DNA of 64,000 nt from Lingula anatina (lineage: Eukaryota; Animalia; Brachiopoda): the NCBI GenBank assembly GCA_051362555.1, contig CM120640.1, positions 9,672,001 to 9,736,000 on the forward strand, read 5' to 3'. The notes beneath the pieces were generated by a model that made no database searches, was not told the DNA's origin, and was given only the letters and a program-made list of their open reading frames with translations. How positions within the stretch are numbered: position 1 is the stretch's first letter; each line of letters opens with the position of its first letter. Positions 50,899 to 64,000 of this stretch are shown one piece after another. The position numbers and the translations under genes are program-made.

Positions 50899-51449
50899 CA
50901 GGCCTACCCAACTACCAGACTCGGCACCTACGGATCCTGAATTAACCGGTATATCGGACCACGCTACCCGTTTTCAAGGTGTGTGTCAGATCGCATTTCG
51001 GAGTATCATATCCCAGAATAAATTTTGTAGCACGACTGCGGGCTCATCCACGCTCGGCTGAACAACCTGAAACTGTACTCTTACTTTAGAGTACTCTATT
51101 TTATTGTCTCTATGGGGGTATATGGGGACTTTACGACATTCGGTTTGAATGTTTTAACCACTTTTGATTAGGCTTTTTTGCATTGTATTAGATTAATGTG
51201 GCAGTCTTAGGTTCATCTAGGTGGCTTTCAAATTTATGCGCCCGGTTTTAAAATCATATAGCGATTTTACGACAATCGTTTACTATCCAATCAAAGTGAC
51301 AGCCGAGCATGCCAGGGCTCATCCTGTCGGTGTTCTGGCTGATACTCCAAAATGCGATCTGACACACACCTTGAAAACGGGTAGTGTGGTCCGATATACC
51401 GGTTAATTCAGGATCCTTAGGTGCCGAGTCTGGTAGTTGGGTAGGCCTG
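50899..51449. mobile_element. 551-bp MITE with ~100-bp TIRs and 6-bp TSD
   Basis: CAGGCCTACCCAACTACCAGACTCGGCACC...; TTTTAA at 50893-50898 and 51450-51455. Confidence 0.85.
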
Positions 51450-51525
51450 TTTTAACGGTAGCAGTTGTCAGAATAACAGTCGATATGCTAACAGTTTTTG
51501 TGCTTAGTGCAACTGTAGTAATCGT

Positions 51526-54500
51526 TTACGAAATTTGTACGGTATCTGCTGCAGGCAGAGTACTCGGTACCGGTGTAGTAGTTGACTGTGAATTTGGCAT
51601 AGTATCTGCAACAGGCTGAGTGCTTGGTGCTGAAGTACTAGTCGACTGAGAAATTGGTACCGGAGTAGTGGTCGACTGTGAACGTGACACAGTATCTGCA
51701 ACAGACTGAATGCTCGGTGCCGTAGTAGTAGTTGCCTGAGAAATTGGTACGGTATCTGCAACGGGCTGAGTGCTCGGTGCCGTAGTAGTAGGTGACTGTG
51801 AATTTGGCACGGTATATGCAACGGGCTGAGTACTTGGTACCGGGCTAGAAGTCGACTGTGAATTTGGCACCGTATCTGCGACGGGCTGAGTGCTCGGCAC
51901 CGTTGTGGTAGTAGTAGGCTGAGGGGTTTGTATAGTAACTGTGGTAGGTGTTGTGCTGGGTGCAGTTACTGCAACAGGTGTTGTAGAAGGTTCTGCGGGC
52001 AAAGGCGGTGCCTTTGTCGCAACTTTAGTTTCTTTTCCAGGGAACTCGTCAACGATGTGGATTTTCCAACCAAGGTATTTGTGAGTGTAACACTGGAGGA
52101 AAAAAGTGATAAGTCTTATACTTATAAAAACTTATAAAAACTTGCATTATTTATCTTTTTAGTCATATAGTATTTATTCATTTATTCATTTGGGTCGGTG
52201 TAATGATTATTCAAACTAACCTATATAATTTTATACCAAAAAGCTGTTACCTGATAGTACACCGTGTCTGGGGTATTTCTATCTGGAGACCAGACAAATA
52301 CTCCAGGTCGGCCCTCGTAGCACTTCAGTTTGAGATATTTCGAGTACTCTGCAAATGACTCTGCGTCTTGTGGTGCTCCTGTCTCCTGCTCCCATTCACA
52401 CAGGCGCCCAACTTAGAAATCATGAAAAAAAGACAAAATTTTATTTCTCCTTGCCAAACTTTTCTTAAAACTGTCGCAATGATTTTTATATAAAAAAGTT
52501 GGGTTGCAGACAAATAACCATATATTCTTATTGCAGATAAGATTTTTAAAAAATTCAAAACCAGTCTTCCTTCCATGCCAATGCTCACCTTGGTAGTTCA
52601 CGGTGGCACCCATGACATTTCGCCCAGGGAATATCTTTACCTTCTGTGATAAAAAGAGAAAAGATGGCATGTTGTAAATGTGTTCAATCCAGTGAAGGCC
52701 CTATGTATATCTGTACCCTTTACTAGGGCCACAGATTGATTTTTCACTAGATATTCACAGATATCTCTGGCTAATTCATAGCACATTTCTCCACTGTGGT
52801 CAAGGGTAGAGGGTACTTATATCTGTGTCATTCAACACTTATGGAGAAATACAAAATTCATTTTAAACTCTGAAAACATTATTACAAGTTAAAAGTTAAC
52901 ATACAGTACAAAGTCGACACAAAGGTGACTTAAGTGCCACTTTATCCATCCTAACATCCAGGTCATGGCAATGTCTCTTCTGAACGCCATTTACATGTAC
53001 CTTCAGTCATTTCTTTCTAGTATTTAGTTTAATTTTCTAAAACATCTCGGAATACGCTTTACCTGTCTTTGCTCGGGTGTCGTATACTGTATATAACCGC
53101 CCTCGGGATCGTCGGTTATGTAAAATGGGTGATAGTTTGCTTGATTGCTCTCCGTATGGCCTCCATTTATCAAAAATATATACGATACACCTCTCTTGAG
53201 AATCAGCTCAGGAATCAAAATATCGTTAATGTACCAAGCTATTCCCCACGACGGACGGCCTGTAAAATATGTAGTGAAATGAGGAGTCCATGGTTTCAAA
53301 AATCATAAATTGTGATGTTTCATACAAGGTATTATTGTATATGGATATTTTGTCTTTTATATGCCTGTTTCTTTTTTGGAAAATAAATATAACCAAAATC
53401 ATGATATAATTATAAATCGAGAACCCGCTGTGGTTAATTCTTCTATTTCTAACATGGCTGGGATCTTTTTCAAGTCTCCCTCCAGCCACTCTTTCTCACG
53501 CACAATATAATACACACGCGAGCACACAAACACACGCACGCACGCACTCGCGCGCGCACCCACCCACCCACCCACCCACACACACACACACACACACAGG
53601 CACCTTGATATTGTCCATACGATTAACTCTGTGTTCACTTCATTTCCCATTGTTACTCGATGTAATCTTGGCATGAACGACCACGATACTTATCAAAAAA
53701 TGCAAATACTACCTACCTGTAATCCCTTCGTAACCTCTTTTCCCTCCTGTGGGTCCCAGCCTAGCAGTGAATATTCTGGTGTTCTCTCCACTTAGTGTTT
53801 GGGGAACCCAAGGTTTCTTTGGCTTTATGGTTGGTCGTAGTGTTTGGAATTCTGGACAGTTATTCACGGGGGGCCTACCAAAATTGATCATCAAGTCTCC
53901 TAGAATAAAAAATACCATTTAAAACGTATAGGAGCTTCGAATTTTTATTCATATTTATATACTTTTCTGAAATTGGCCCAGTTGAAGGTTACGTTATTCT
54001 GCAGTATTTTAATGGAATGCAGTGAAAGCTCGCCATATTTCTTTTAAAAAAATCTCCTACACATGTTAGTGCTGTACAAGCACTTTCTCAAGCTGCCAGT
54101 GTGAAGACCATTTCTTACCTGGGGTTCTGGCTGAATGTTTTAAGGGCAGTTTGTCTGCCGAGAGAGGCCCTATCGCCCAGGCTAGGTATGTGTTCTTGTC
54201 TGTTACAAAAATATTGTCTCCTGTATCACCTTGAAAGGAAATAACACCTGTAATTTTCACTGATAAAAATCCCGTGCTTAAGTACTGAAATAAGAACCGG
54301 ATTAGTAGTGAAATATTTTTATTTTATTTTGGACACACTCTCAAGACAACAGGAATTACAATAAAATTATTTGCAATGAAACAATGACAAAATTAACGGG
54401 TGGATTTTGGAACCACCACCCGTTATAATTCATGTTCTGCACCAACTTTATATATCTGTATGCTTCATATTTTATATTTAAAATTAATTATCCATTTTCT

Positions 54501-57500
54501 ATAATCCTAGTCTATGCAATTAAGAAATAAATACTGTAAAGATTCACTGCAGATTCATACTAGATGCCAGTGGCCGAGTGTACTTGATGGTAGTTATGCC
54601 GTTGGCACGTTCTCCACTGACGACCTGGACGTCATTCTTCTCATTGGGTCTACTGGTGTCAGGGCACACGCCTACGCCATTTGAACACTGCAATTATTAG
54701 GTTATTTTATTTTTTAAATTTTATTATTTAATTTGTTGTTGGAAGTTATATCATTGACCCTTTCACTGAAGTTTTTTACAATGGAATATCGGGATGTACA
54801 CGTTTATCATTATAATAATTAAAACTACTGAGCTGACTTAGCCATAACCTGCATCAACTTAATTCTGTAAATGTCGTCAAAAATTTAAAGAGACCATGTA
54901 AAATTAAACAATTTGCTATACTTCATTTCAATTAGAATAGCATTGTATAAATACCTGGGAATATTGGGTAATGTAATAATCAACTGCCATGGGACCTGAT
55001 TGTTCATCATACCACGTGATCACCACGTCAGCACCAATCATTTTCGTGCTGGTGTCAGAACCGCTTGGCCCAAACGACATGTAGTCACCGTTAGCTATAA
55101 CATTCAGTTTTATACATATCAACATTTTGTTTAAAACCAGTAGACTGCACAAGTATCATTTCGGGGTAGTGATTAGACCATGCCTAGCTTACATATACCT
55201 AGTTTATTTATTAAAATAATATTTAACAAAATTCAGCAGCTTTTTTTCATAAACGCTTGAAAGTACCAGTATAATTGAATGTATATCTAGAGAGAGAGAG
55301 AGAGAGGGGGGGAGAGTTACCGATTTGCCCTTTCAGTTCAATCATGACATGACTAGAATTTGTCTCCCAAGACACATGGAAATTGCTGGCCAGTGGTTCA
55401 CAGTTCTTAACCAAAGAGGCAGTCTACAAAGAGATACACGTACATGTAAGTCAATTTTACTCACATGCGAATGAGCACACGCGGGCATAAACGCGCGCGT
55501 GCACACACACACGCACACTCAAAGGAAGAGAAAAAATAATTGGGGATACTAGTTTTGCATGATTGTCATAATATAACTATGTTAACTAAATAAATGATAA
55601 TGAACAACAATTCTATTTTTGAATGGCCGCTACAAAAAAAAAAAAAAAAAAAAAAAAAAAACTTTACACTTAGGATATTTCCAAGCATAATTGAAAACTT
55701 CTCTGCGTGCATACGAAATTTAACTATTATAGGGCTATTTTCTATATTTGGTTTGATGCTGCATTTTTAAAACAAAATATGATTAATTAGACAATGGCTA
55801 TCCTGGAAAGCTTTGGGCCCTAACAATGCTAAAGGCCGGTATTATTATAATACAATATCACACCAAATATAAGTTTTCGCATAAACAGAAGTTAAGCCTC
55901 TTTCAAGCTATACCTCTGGCTATCTAGGAAATCCGTTTCATATTGTATACCTGAGGAGTTGCCGCAGCTGTCACCTTGGGAGTGAACGGCGGGACATTCA
56001 ATTCCAATGGAATGCTCACGTATCCAAAATTAACGCCAAACAGCACACACCATACGCCGAGCCATTCTACTGTATGAAACGTGAGGTCTTTTGGCAGACG
56101 GAGGGTGAGATTTTGGCCAGTGTACTCCCCCAACTTTTTCAGGCTGTTTTGGAAAAAAGAAATGAGACATGCTACTGTGTTTTCTGAATGCTTGCACAAT
56201 GTTTTAACCACACAGGTTTAACATTGATGTGTCTATGAGCCTATGGTAAGTAATGATCTTCGATTGCTCGTTACTTACTGGTTCGAGGTTCTAATTGAAA
56301 ATTTGAATTTTTGTTTTCAGTAAATTAATAACGTTATAGTGCGGATCATTTTAAACGAATCACTACAATCATACACACTCTCTGCTATCTCAGAAATTCG
56401 GTACACACCTTCCATTTTCGTCTGGTACCTTCGTTCCTTCGCTGGTCGGAAGAGGGCCAGATCCAACCCAGAAAAAGCCATCTAAAGAGTAGACGTATTA
56501 GTCTTATTTGAATATCATCAGAAATGTTCATCGTCTATATGTTTTTTTAATATGGGACACAAAGTTTATTATCACCCAGGTCAAAATTTTCCACTATCAG
56601 CAATGCAATAACTATGTATGGTTCTTAATTTTGCTGAGGGCCATCCTAGGCTTTTGCGCCAAATAAATAACGTCCATGACTCTGCAACTTGTATCACACC
56701 TTTAACTGTCTTTTGCCCATTTGAATTGCCGCCTTACCTGGTCCTAGACCATCGTATTTAAAGTTTGGAATAACCACAGTCTTGGTATCTAGAACAATGA
56801 TATTGCCAGAAGACACCCCGTGAGTGGTTAACTTAAAGGGACCCAGAACTTGAGGCCTGGGCGGGTCGATATCTATTGGGATAATGATATGACCGAAATC
56901 AGCCTGAAAATGAGAATGCCATTTTTATTTTGACACAAAATATATTGGATTGATTTATAGAGTTGTCAAGTTGACAAGTTGTCAGTTGACGAGTGTTGTA
57001 CTAATTTTCGATTTTTAAAACCACATTGATGTGCTATTTGCTATTTCTGTATTCATAATGTTGCGTAACCCCCCCCCCTAAAAAAAAGAAATAAAAACTG
57101 GAACGAAAACAAAGAGCTAAAATACTCCGAGACAGGCTATGGGTTATAAACTAACCAGTTGCTGCGTAAATGCTTATTGCAATTCTAGACAGATTTATTC
57201 TTTTGAGTACACGCCAGGAATAAAAGTCTTCCAGTCATTTGCATGCTTTACATGTATCTTTCAGGCATGTTGTTTCCAATTAATACGTATTTACAGGCAC
57301 GAGTAGGCCTATACCCTAGAAAGAACCCCATCTACAATATCTTATTAATTTTGTTGATTTAAAAATCTTTTGGAATCAACATTCTTTGTCCATGCGTCAG
57401 TGAAAAATTGTGATGTTTTTCTTTTCTTTTTAAGTGTTTTATGCACTTACGGAAAACGCAACGCACCACACTGACAGCCATTTAATGTCTTGAATTCTAA

Positions 57501-58968
57501 TGCCTTCTGGAAGGGTGAGAGTTAAGGTAACATTTTTGTATTCTTTGAGAACAGCGGAACTGAAAAAATATAAGTAGAATAGCGGTGAACATTAGTGGTT
57601 AACTGTCATTCAGTTCATTTTCAGCATCTAAATTTGGAAATTATTAAACAATTTTAAACGTTTTTGTCATCAATTTATATTTTTTAAAGATTGGAATTAA
57701 AGCAACCCACTTGCACCCATGAGGCTACTCCCATATTCTTGTGCAGTGTCTATGTCAGTGATAAGTGACAAAAATGTCAGTAAGTCTTACACGACGGACT
57801 GTTATAGTTCGTTTCTTTTATTATACCTTCCCTTCTCGTCGAGGATCTTGATGCCTTCGTCACTTGGTGTATCCCGAGTTGCATTTTGCCTCAGTCCAAT
57901 ATAGAAGAAAGCATCTGAGGGGAAAAAATAATGTGTGGGACATATTCATGTTTAGACTTTTATTGTGGAGTGTGCATAAGATTACATTTAAGCTTTTGGT
58001 TGCACTGTGACATGCAAAAAGCGGTGGGTTCCCCTTAAGTGCTACACTGCACATGACACTATCCATCAGAAGCTAGCAATGAGTTGGAATAAAACTGAGG
58101 TCAAGTGTTTTACGTCCGTTTTTTTCCCCTTTGCACGGCATTGCTCTTTGTATTCTAAGGTGCAACTTTTAAATATTTAGGTACCAAACATAATATATAT
58201 GGAGTAAATAAAATTAACTTTTTTAAGAAAACAGTTCTATTTACTATTTATTACTTTTGGTATTAAATATTAAAAATATTAACTCTTTTCTATGATTTCC
58301 AATAAACCAAACAACAAGAAATTTTAATTTTTTACCTGGGCCTTGTCCATCGTAGGTGAAGCCTAGTATTTTGAACCTGTGACTGTCCACTGCGTAAACT
58401 GTGCCTTTCACACCGTGGTAAAGCTCTTGGATAGGTCCAATCAATTTACCATGATATTCAGCAGCGTTGCTGCAGCCTTTCGGCGCAAGTTAGTGAAGAA
58501 AAAGAATTGTAGTTAATAAGCACAGAAAAGTCTGTTTCGATACTGAAAAATATACGCATAATAAGATCAAATACTTTCTTGTTGTGACTACTATAACATA
58601 AAATAATATGACACTAAATGATGTAGCCAGACCACCAGGATCATTACCTAGTGAAAGGTCTCAAGGTGAGACCACAACGTCGGTTGTCGTTTAATTTTAC
58701 CACGTAAGTTCCAAAATTTGATTAAGATACATTTTTGATAGCATAATGATATTCTTTCGAATTTTGCAAAAGAATTCGATCCAAAGCTCATAAATGTTCT
58801 TAAACAATGACTGCTACATGTATATTTAACGTGAAAAGTTAATAAAAACCCTTAGAATCCCATTCGACCGACTAAATAAAGTAAGATATATACAAGAGTA
58901 TCGCCAAGAAAGATAGGCGTCGGCTACTTACAAAAAATGACAGCGGCAATGCAGGCTAACAACAACAT
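51526..58968 (-). CDS. Skeletor/Knickkopf-like protein B: same 16-exon DM13-DM13-DOMON layout, ending in a mucin-like S/T/P tract
   Basis: MLLLACIAAVIF; YHGKLIG...HGVKGTVYAVD...FTYDGQGPDAFFY; WLSVWC; YMSFGPSG...MIGADVV; PSWGIAWYIND; YHPFYITDDPEGG; TPDTVYYQCYTHKYLGWKIHIVD, then PSTQPVADTVPNSQ repeats. Confidence 0.88.
51530..51900 (-). repeat. 60-bp coding minisatellite (20-aa mucin-like unit, about 6 copies)
   Basis: PSTQPVADTVPNSQSTTTPV-like unit repeats with a 60-bp period. Confidence 0.85.
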
Positions 58969-61417
58969 CACCACCACGATGAGGTAAACTGTCTACTAGT
59001 ATCTTCCTAATTTGCTTGATACGTTTATAAGGCGATAAGATATGAGGCGCACGTAGGGTTACGACCCCAAAATCGTCTGGAAATTCTAAGTAGTTGACCT
59101 ACAAGTAAAAAAAAAACATTGTGCAGACAGGTATATGCGTTGCTTGCGGTAATCAATTGAAGCCTAAGTGAAATCTTCATGAATTAAACATTAGATCAGA
59201 AACTTTAACAGAAAAAAAACTACAATTCACACTTTACTGACTCTATTACAAGAAGTGGTATGTAATACATACCCAACGTCACTGACGATGTTACAGATCC
59301 TGGCGTAAGGCTTTACTGTCATTTACATTGTGACAGAGTATTTGTTTCATCACACAGACCTTATGCTTTCCCGGCCCTGACCAGTGACAATTTGTATTTC
59401 AGTGTGTGAGATACTCCATACCAGATGACGTCATTCCTGTACAAAAAAAACTCTCACGGTACAAAATGTGCACAGAATTTGCCAAAGAAATATCTGTGAA
59501 TATCTAGTATTAAAAATATCTCTTTGTCCTGGCAGAGGAAACCAGTGAGAGAGTAGGATCGGTGGGCATGAAAAAAAAGGAATTTAAATGCGCCTTGAAA
59601 GACAAGCGCGTAATAAAGGAAGGACGTCCTTTTGTTGAGAGAGAAATACTCAGATAGATCGCAAATAAATTATTGGTTGTGACTACTGCAATGGGCAAAC
59701 TTACTCAAAGGAATGAGTTAATTTTTTTTCTGACAATGATTTAAGAGCGATCAACTATTCCTCGTTCTTTTCGCTTGGTGAAAATATTTAAAGCCACGTT
59801 TTGGTAGTAGTGCTCGTCTTTCCAGCTGACGTTAGCTCATTTAACACAGACGCTCGTCAGAATTATCTAGAATCGTTCTCACATTTTCTCAATGTTTGTG
59901 TGTTATAACTCATGTGTTGTAGCCAAGTTGAAACCTTGGGAAGTTCACTGTCAACGTCAGGTAACTTCGCGTGACTATATAAAACGCATGTTAGAGAAGC
60001 GACATGGGATGTTAGCTACGCCTCAATTAAATTTCTAAAAGATCGAGCTAAGACATTCATCTACATTTTTTCTGACTTTATCGTAGACAAATCATATGAT
60101 GGCTTTCTTATCTTAAAACGCACTATTGTTTATAAAGTGATTTTGATAATAAATTTGCCAGGTCTGACTATCCCAGATGACTTAACATTTAATAGATATC
60201 TTTCTTTCTTTCGGCATCTTTCTACTGTCATCGACTAACTTTAAGAATGCATGTATCCGATGTATTATTATATATGCACAAATGACACGCCAAAACATTG
60301 ATTTTAGCATGACGAAAGACTTTCTTTTCGAAACAAGTTATATCATGAATAAAAAATAAAGTGGATGAATGTATACCTAATCTCGGTGGAATCGAACAGA
60401 ACTAAATACCAAAAGTAAAACTTGAGTAACGGAAGAGCTTCAAAAAGAAATATAGTGTTGAAAACGAACCACACGTGCTACTTAAATTCACGATTATATA
60501 GTACTCGGGCTAATTTTGAAAAATATTTTTCATTTATCATAGACACGTCGTTAAAAAAATGAAAATAAAATATTTCAAATTAGGCAAGTCCGGGTAGCGG
60601 GGACAGGTGCGGTTGCGTGAAACGTGAAATTTCATTTTCTTCAAAGGTTATTTGCCTCCTGGGGTCATAACTTTCAAACATAAAACCACAGCAAAGCACT
60701 TGGTAGTTAACACGTCGGTGAACGACCTAGGTCCGTGAACAACGTACCTTTTGTCTGTGAATGATTCTAATGATTCTTAACAAGTTTAATCGAGACAAAT
60801 TTCAGTAAATTGTGAAATGAAATGAAATGTGTTTTCATGTCAGGTCCGATTTGATGTTCTTGGCAAACTCGATATCATTTTTGTTTTCCACGTTAACATA
60901 CATTTTTTGACCAGGTTGGTTGAAGCGGTGTTTCATGCAGTTAAAAAGTTATTTCAATGCCTCCCCCCCCCCCCCGGCCTGGCCACTACATTTTTTATTT
61001 TGGACATATTCACTTTTCATGATATTAGTTTTTAAATACATTGCTAACGCTAACTTTGTTTCAGTCATTTTTTTCAAATAAAAGAACAAGTAAGCTTACT
61101 AAGGATTTTCACGATTTTTCCTGAACGTAGTTGCTTGTCCCACCACTAATTCAAGGTATTACACATTTTATCATTTGCTTTTCAACCTTATTCCGCAGGT
61201 GAAAGAAGTTTAGATCTATTTAAAAACTTTTTTCTTTCTGGAAAAAGAAAAGAATTAAAGTCAAGCTGGTGTCATGTTTTTTATTACAAATTACAATACT
61301 TAACATTTGGGAGGCGGTTTCCCACTATCTACAGAACTGAATATCAAGAGATTTGAACTATTACATACGTAATCTACAGTATAGTCAATATCAGTTTACA
61401 TCTCTTTGTGCTATGTG

Positions 61418-63885
61418 CTACATGGTAGGGCCTCCCCCAGTCCCGCTCCGAGCTATTTGCTGTTTTAAGATCATTATACTCTCTCTCTGCTCTGGCGGCA
61501 GCATTGCAATCTGCTGGTCTGACAACTGTAGTACTTGCATAATAAGGGCAGCCTAGAAATAGAAGATAACTCACGCTGGTGATTTGCTAAAACACACGTT
61601 TTTTTTTAACAATCATGGACTAGAACTCAAAACATAATTATGTGCAGAATCATGACGTACATGAGTAACTTTGACTTTCTTTATCTTGTACGATTCTTCC
61701 ACAAGATCAAATGCTATTTTCCAAATGCAAACAACTGAGAATTTCAAACTTTCTATTTAACTTTGAAAACTGATGTTATTTTGTGGACGGTAACTTCCAA
61801 CCAGTACAAATGGCCACCCACCTTTTCCTGATCTTGTGCAGAGATGCCAGCGCCACCTCCTGGAGCTCCCGGGCCAACAGCTGGGGACTAAAACAGCACA
61901 AAGAACAAGTTTCTACAAAGCCTTACATAAACAGATTTAACCACCATTTATCTCAAGCAGGTAACTTTTTCATAGAAACGAAACAATAAAGTCAATTGAC
62001 CAACTCAGATTCATCAGTTGAGGAATAAGTAATTTGCTTTCTTGGTGTAGTTCAAAATTAATGAACAAAATAACCTGCTTGTAAAGTTAATGGAAAAGAA
62101 TAATACACCAACAAAATTAAACAAACAGATGAATTATGGGCATTTTAAAGAAGTACGTTTTGCCTTACAGGATGTCTAACTGGTCCTCCTGGGCCTGGCC
62201 TTCCTCCCATACTCCTAGGGTCCCTGGGGTCTCTTGGATCTCCAGCGCCTCCAAGTGACCTGGGGTCCATTGCACCCCCTATGGACCGTGGATCTCTCAT
62301 TTCTGGCCGTGCTGGACCAGGCCCCCCTGGACCCTGGGGTCGCATGCCTCTCTGATGCCCAACATCCATGCCACCAGGGCCTAACATAGAAAAGTAAAAA
62401 AAAATTGATTAAGTCAATAAACAACTGTACAGCAAGATGGTTTTTGAGTCAGTAAAAATAACTTTCCTGAAAATATCAAACATTTTCATCTCAATACCAA
62501 GTACGGCCTATTAAAGTAAGAGAAGCATGAGCCTGCTTATTATTTGCACAGCACAGTATATAAGGATATCTACCTGGGACACCCATGGGTCCTGGTCCAC
62601 GTGATGGAATATCATGCATCCCCCTACCTGGGCCTGGCTGTGATACCTGTGGAATATTAAGACCTGCAAAAAAAAGATTTTCAATACTTAACTGGATGTG
62701 ATAAGTTAGCAAGTTGAAGACAGACTACCCCCAAGTATCTTGCTCTTATTTCCTTTCCCTTTCTGACTTCTGAACTTTATGTGGCAACACCTCTCCCCTT
62801 ACCTTGGCTGGCTACTGGAGCCATATTTCCCTGGCTGGTCACCATGTTCAGCAGACCCCCAGGCCCACCTGCAGAGAAAAAAAACCTTATTTTAGAACAG
62901 AAATCAAAAGAGAATGAGAAAATTTGCAACAGATTTAACCAGAGGACCTCAATCCAAGAGATAAGGGCACAGGTCCTTGCAGTCAAGGAGGAGAAGCCGT
63001 AATAGTGACATTTATCCACTGATATGAAGCAGAGCTGAAGGATCTGTACGAGACAGGGCGGGACTAAAACCGTCAGTACTGCCAATGCTCACACTGGTGG
63101 AACCAATAATTATTCCAATTTTTTCAATTGGAAAATAGTGCATTTTCATTTCTTTTTCTTTCTTTTTCTTTTTTTTTTTGAGCATTTGCTTTAAGACTAG
63201 CGTCTTTCAAAGCATTAATCTGAAGTAATGAAGAGTCACAAAATAGCAGCATCTGATATTTTAGAGTGGTTCCAAAATACTTCAAAACAGCAGCAACACT
63301 AGATAATGTAGCAAATTACAAAAAAAAATTGCTTAGAATATTAAAGTCAGAAGACTGTTAAAAGGTATGCAGCCATTCTATTTTAGTCTACTTATATGTC
63401 CCCTACCTGCCAGTAAACCTGGTACTGAGCCTGGGACTTGTGATGGGGCAATGGACTGGGTTCCTAGGGGCACTGCGGTAGATGCCACTGGCTGGAAGAG
63501 TGTTCACAAAATTACTTAATTTATAATATAAAATTCACTGCTCACAATGTCTATTTGATATAAATTTTGGCTTCACATCTGCAGACCCCCCTTCAAATAA
63601 TCCTGGATCCGCCCCTGAGAATGCATGTAGAAATTATCTTAGCTGTGGCCAACAAATTTTTACAGTGTATTTTTAGCACTGTAACAAAATAGTGGTTGGT
63701 AAAAAAAATAAATAAATAACATTATAACATGTGGACATTATGATGTTCTTGTACTGTGGAAGTCTTGTGAATGGTCTTTTTTCATATGTGCTGAATGATC
63801 GGGTACCTGTGCAGGTTGTGCCTGGGATGCAGGCTGTCCTGGGACCACTGGTGGCACCTGGTGGGTTTCCCTGTGCAACATGGCC
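61418..63885 (-). CDS. CSTF2: Cleavage stimulation factor 64 kDa subunit, 3' exons; RRM and hinge exons lie beyond the window
   Basis: AMLHRE (post-hinge), Pro/Gly-rich exons with DPR repeats, QDQEK|AALIMQVLQLSDQQIAMLPPEQRESIMILKQQIARS (CSTF_C), stop TAG at 61420-61418. Confidence 0.92.
62945..63103 (-). mobile_element. Diverged 5' fragment of the same HINE family in a CSTF2 intron
   Basis: Minus strand CCACCAGTGTG...GGTTTTAGTCCCGCCCTGTCTCGT...CTTCTCCTCCTTGACTGCAAGGACC aligns by eye with 4006-4195. Confidence 0.7.
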
Positions 63886-64000
63886 TTAAAAGAAATATTT
63901 TAGTTTCAATATTTTTCAAACTGCTGGAAATGCATTGACATAATAATACAAGCAGTTAATATTTCAAATGCAATGTGCATTGTAATGATATATCTAAACA

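Noticed and set aside
51437-52137. Alternative-frame and antisense ORFs over the mucin repeat
   Set aside because: By-products of the 60-bp repeat; only the S/T/P frame joins the upstream exon.
59000-61300. Intergenic region between paralog B and CSTF2, with a CRE-like TGACGTCA near 59426
   Set aside because: A single short motif expected by chance; no other supportable feature.

Overview
AT-rich, intron-containing animal genomic DNA. A mollusc-like or other lophotrochozoan source is inferred from the repeat families only. Host genes reconstructed by hand from GT-AG exons: the last two exons of ATRAID (+, 3469-5828), ITPA (-, 11773-13314) head-to-head with SMYD5 (+, 13568-17747), two tandem DM13-DM13-DOMON Skeletor/Knickkopf-like paralogs (-, 39750-48519 and 51526-58968), and the 3' half of CSTF2 (-, 61418 to past the window end). 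ATRAID hosts an antisense, apparently intact CR1/L2-group LINE with a 2A-like motif, plus two inverted Helentron-type (HINE) elements carrying a 146-bp satellite. The most striking region is about 18.4-38.7 kb, directly downstream of SMYD5. It is a dense mosaic of at least 13 fragments from unrelated transposon superfamilies, and every one I could orient lies on the minus strand. That is the architecture expected of a unistrand (flamenco-like) piRNA cluster fed by SMYD5 read-through, but this is an inference. Inside it sits a tyrosine-recombinase (DIRS/Ngaro-like) element with an intact SGNH esterase upstream of gag, each ORF behind its own splice acceptor. All family assignments come from motif recognition by eye; no database search was run.
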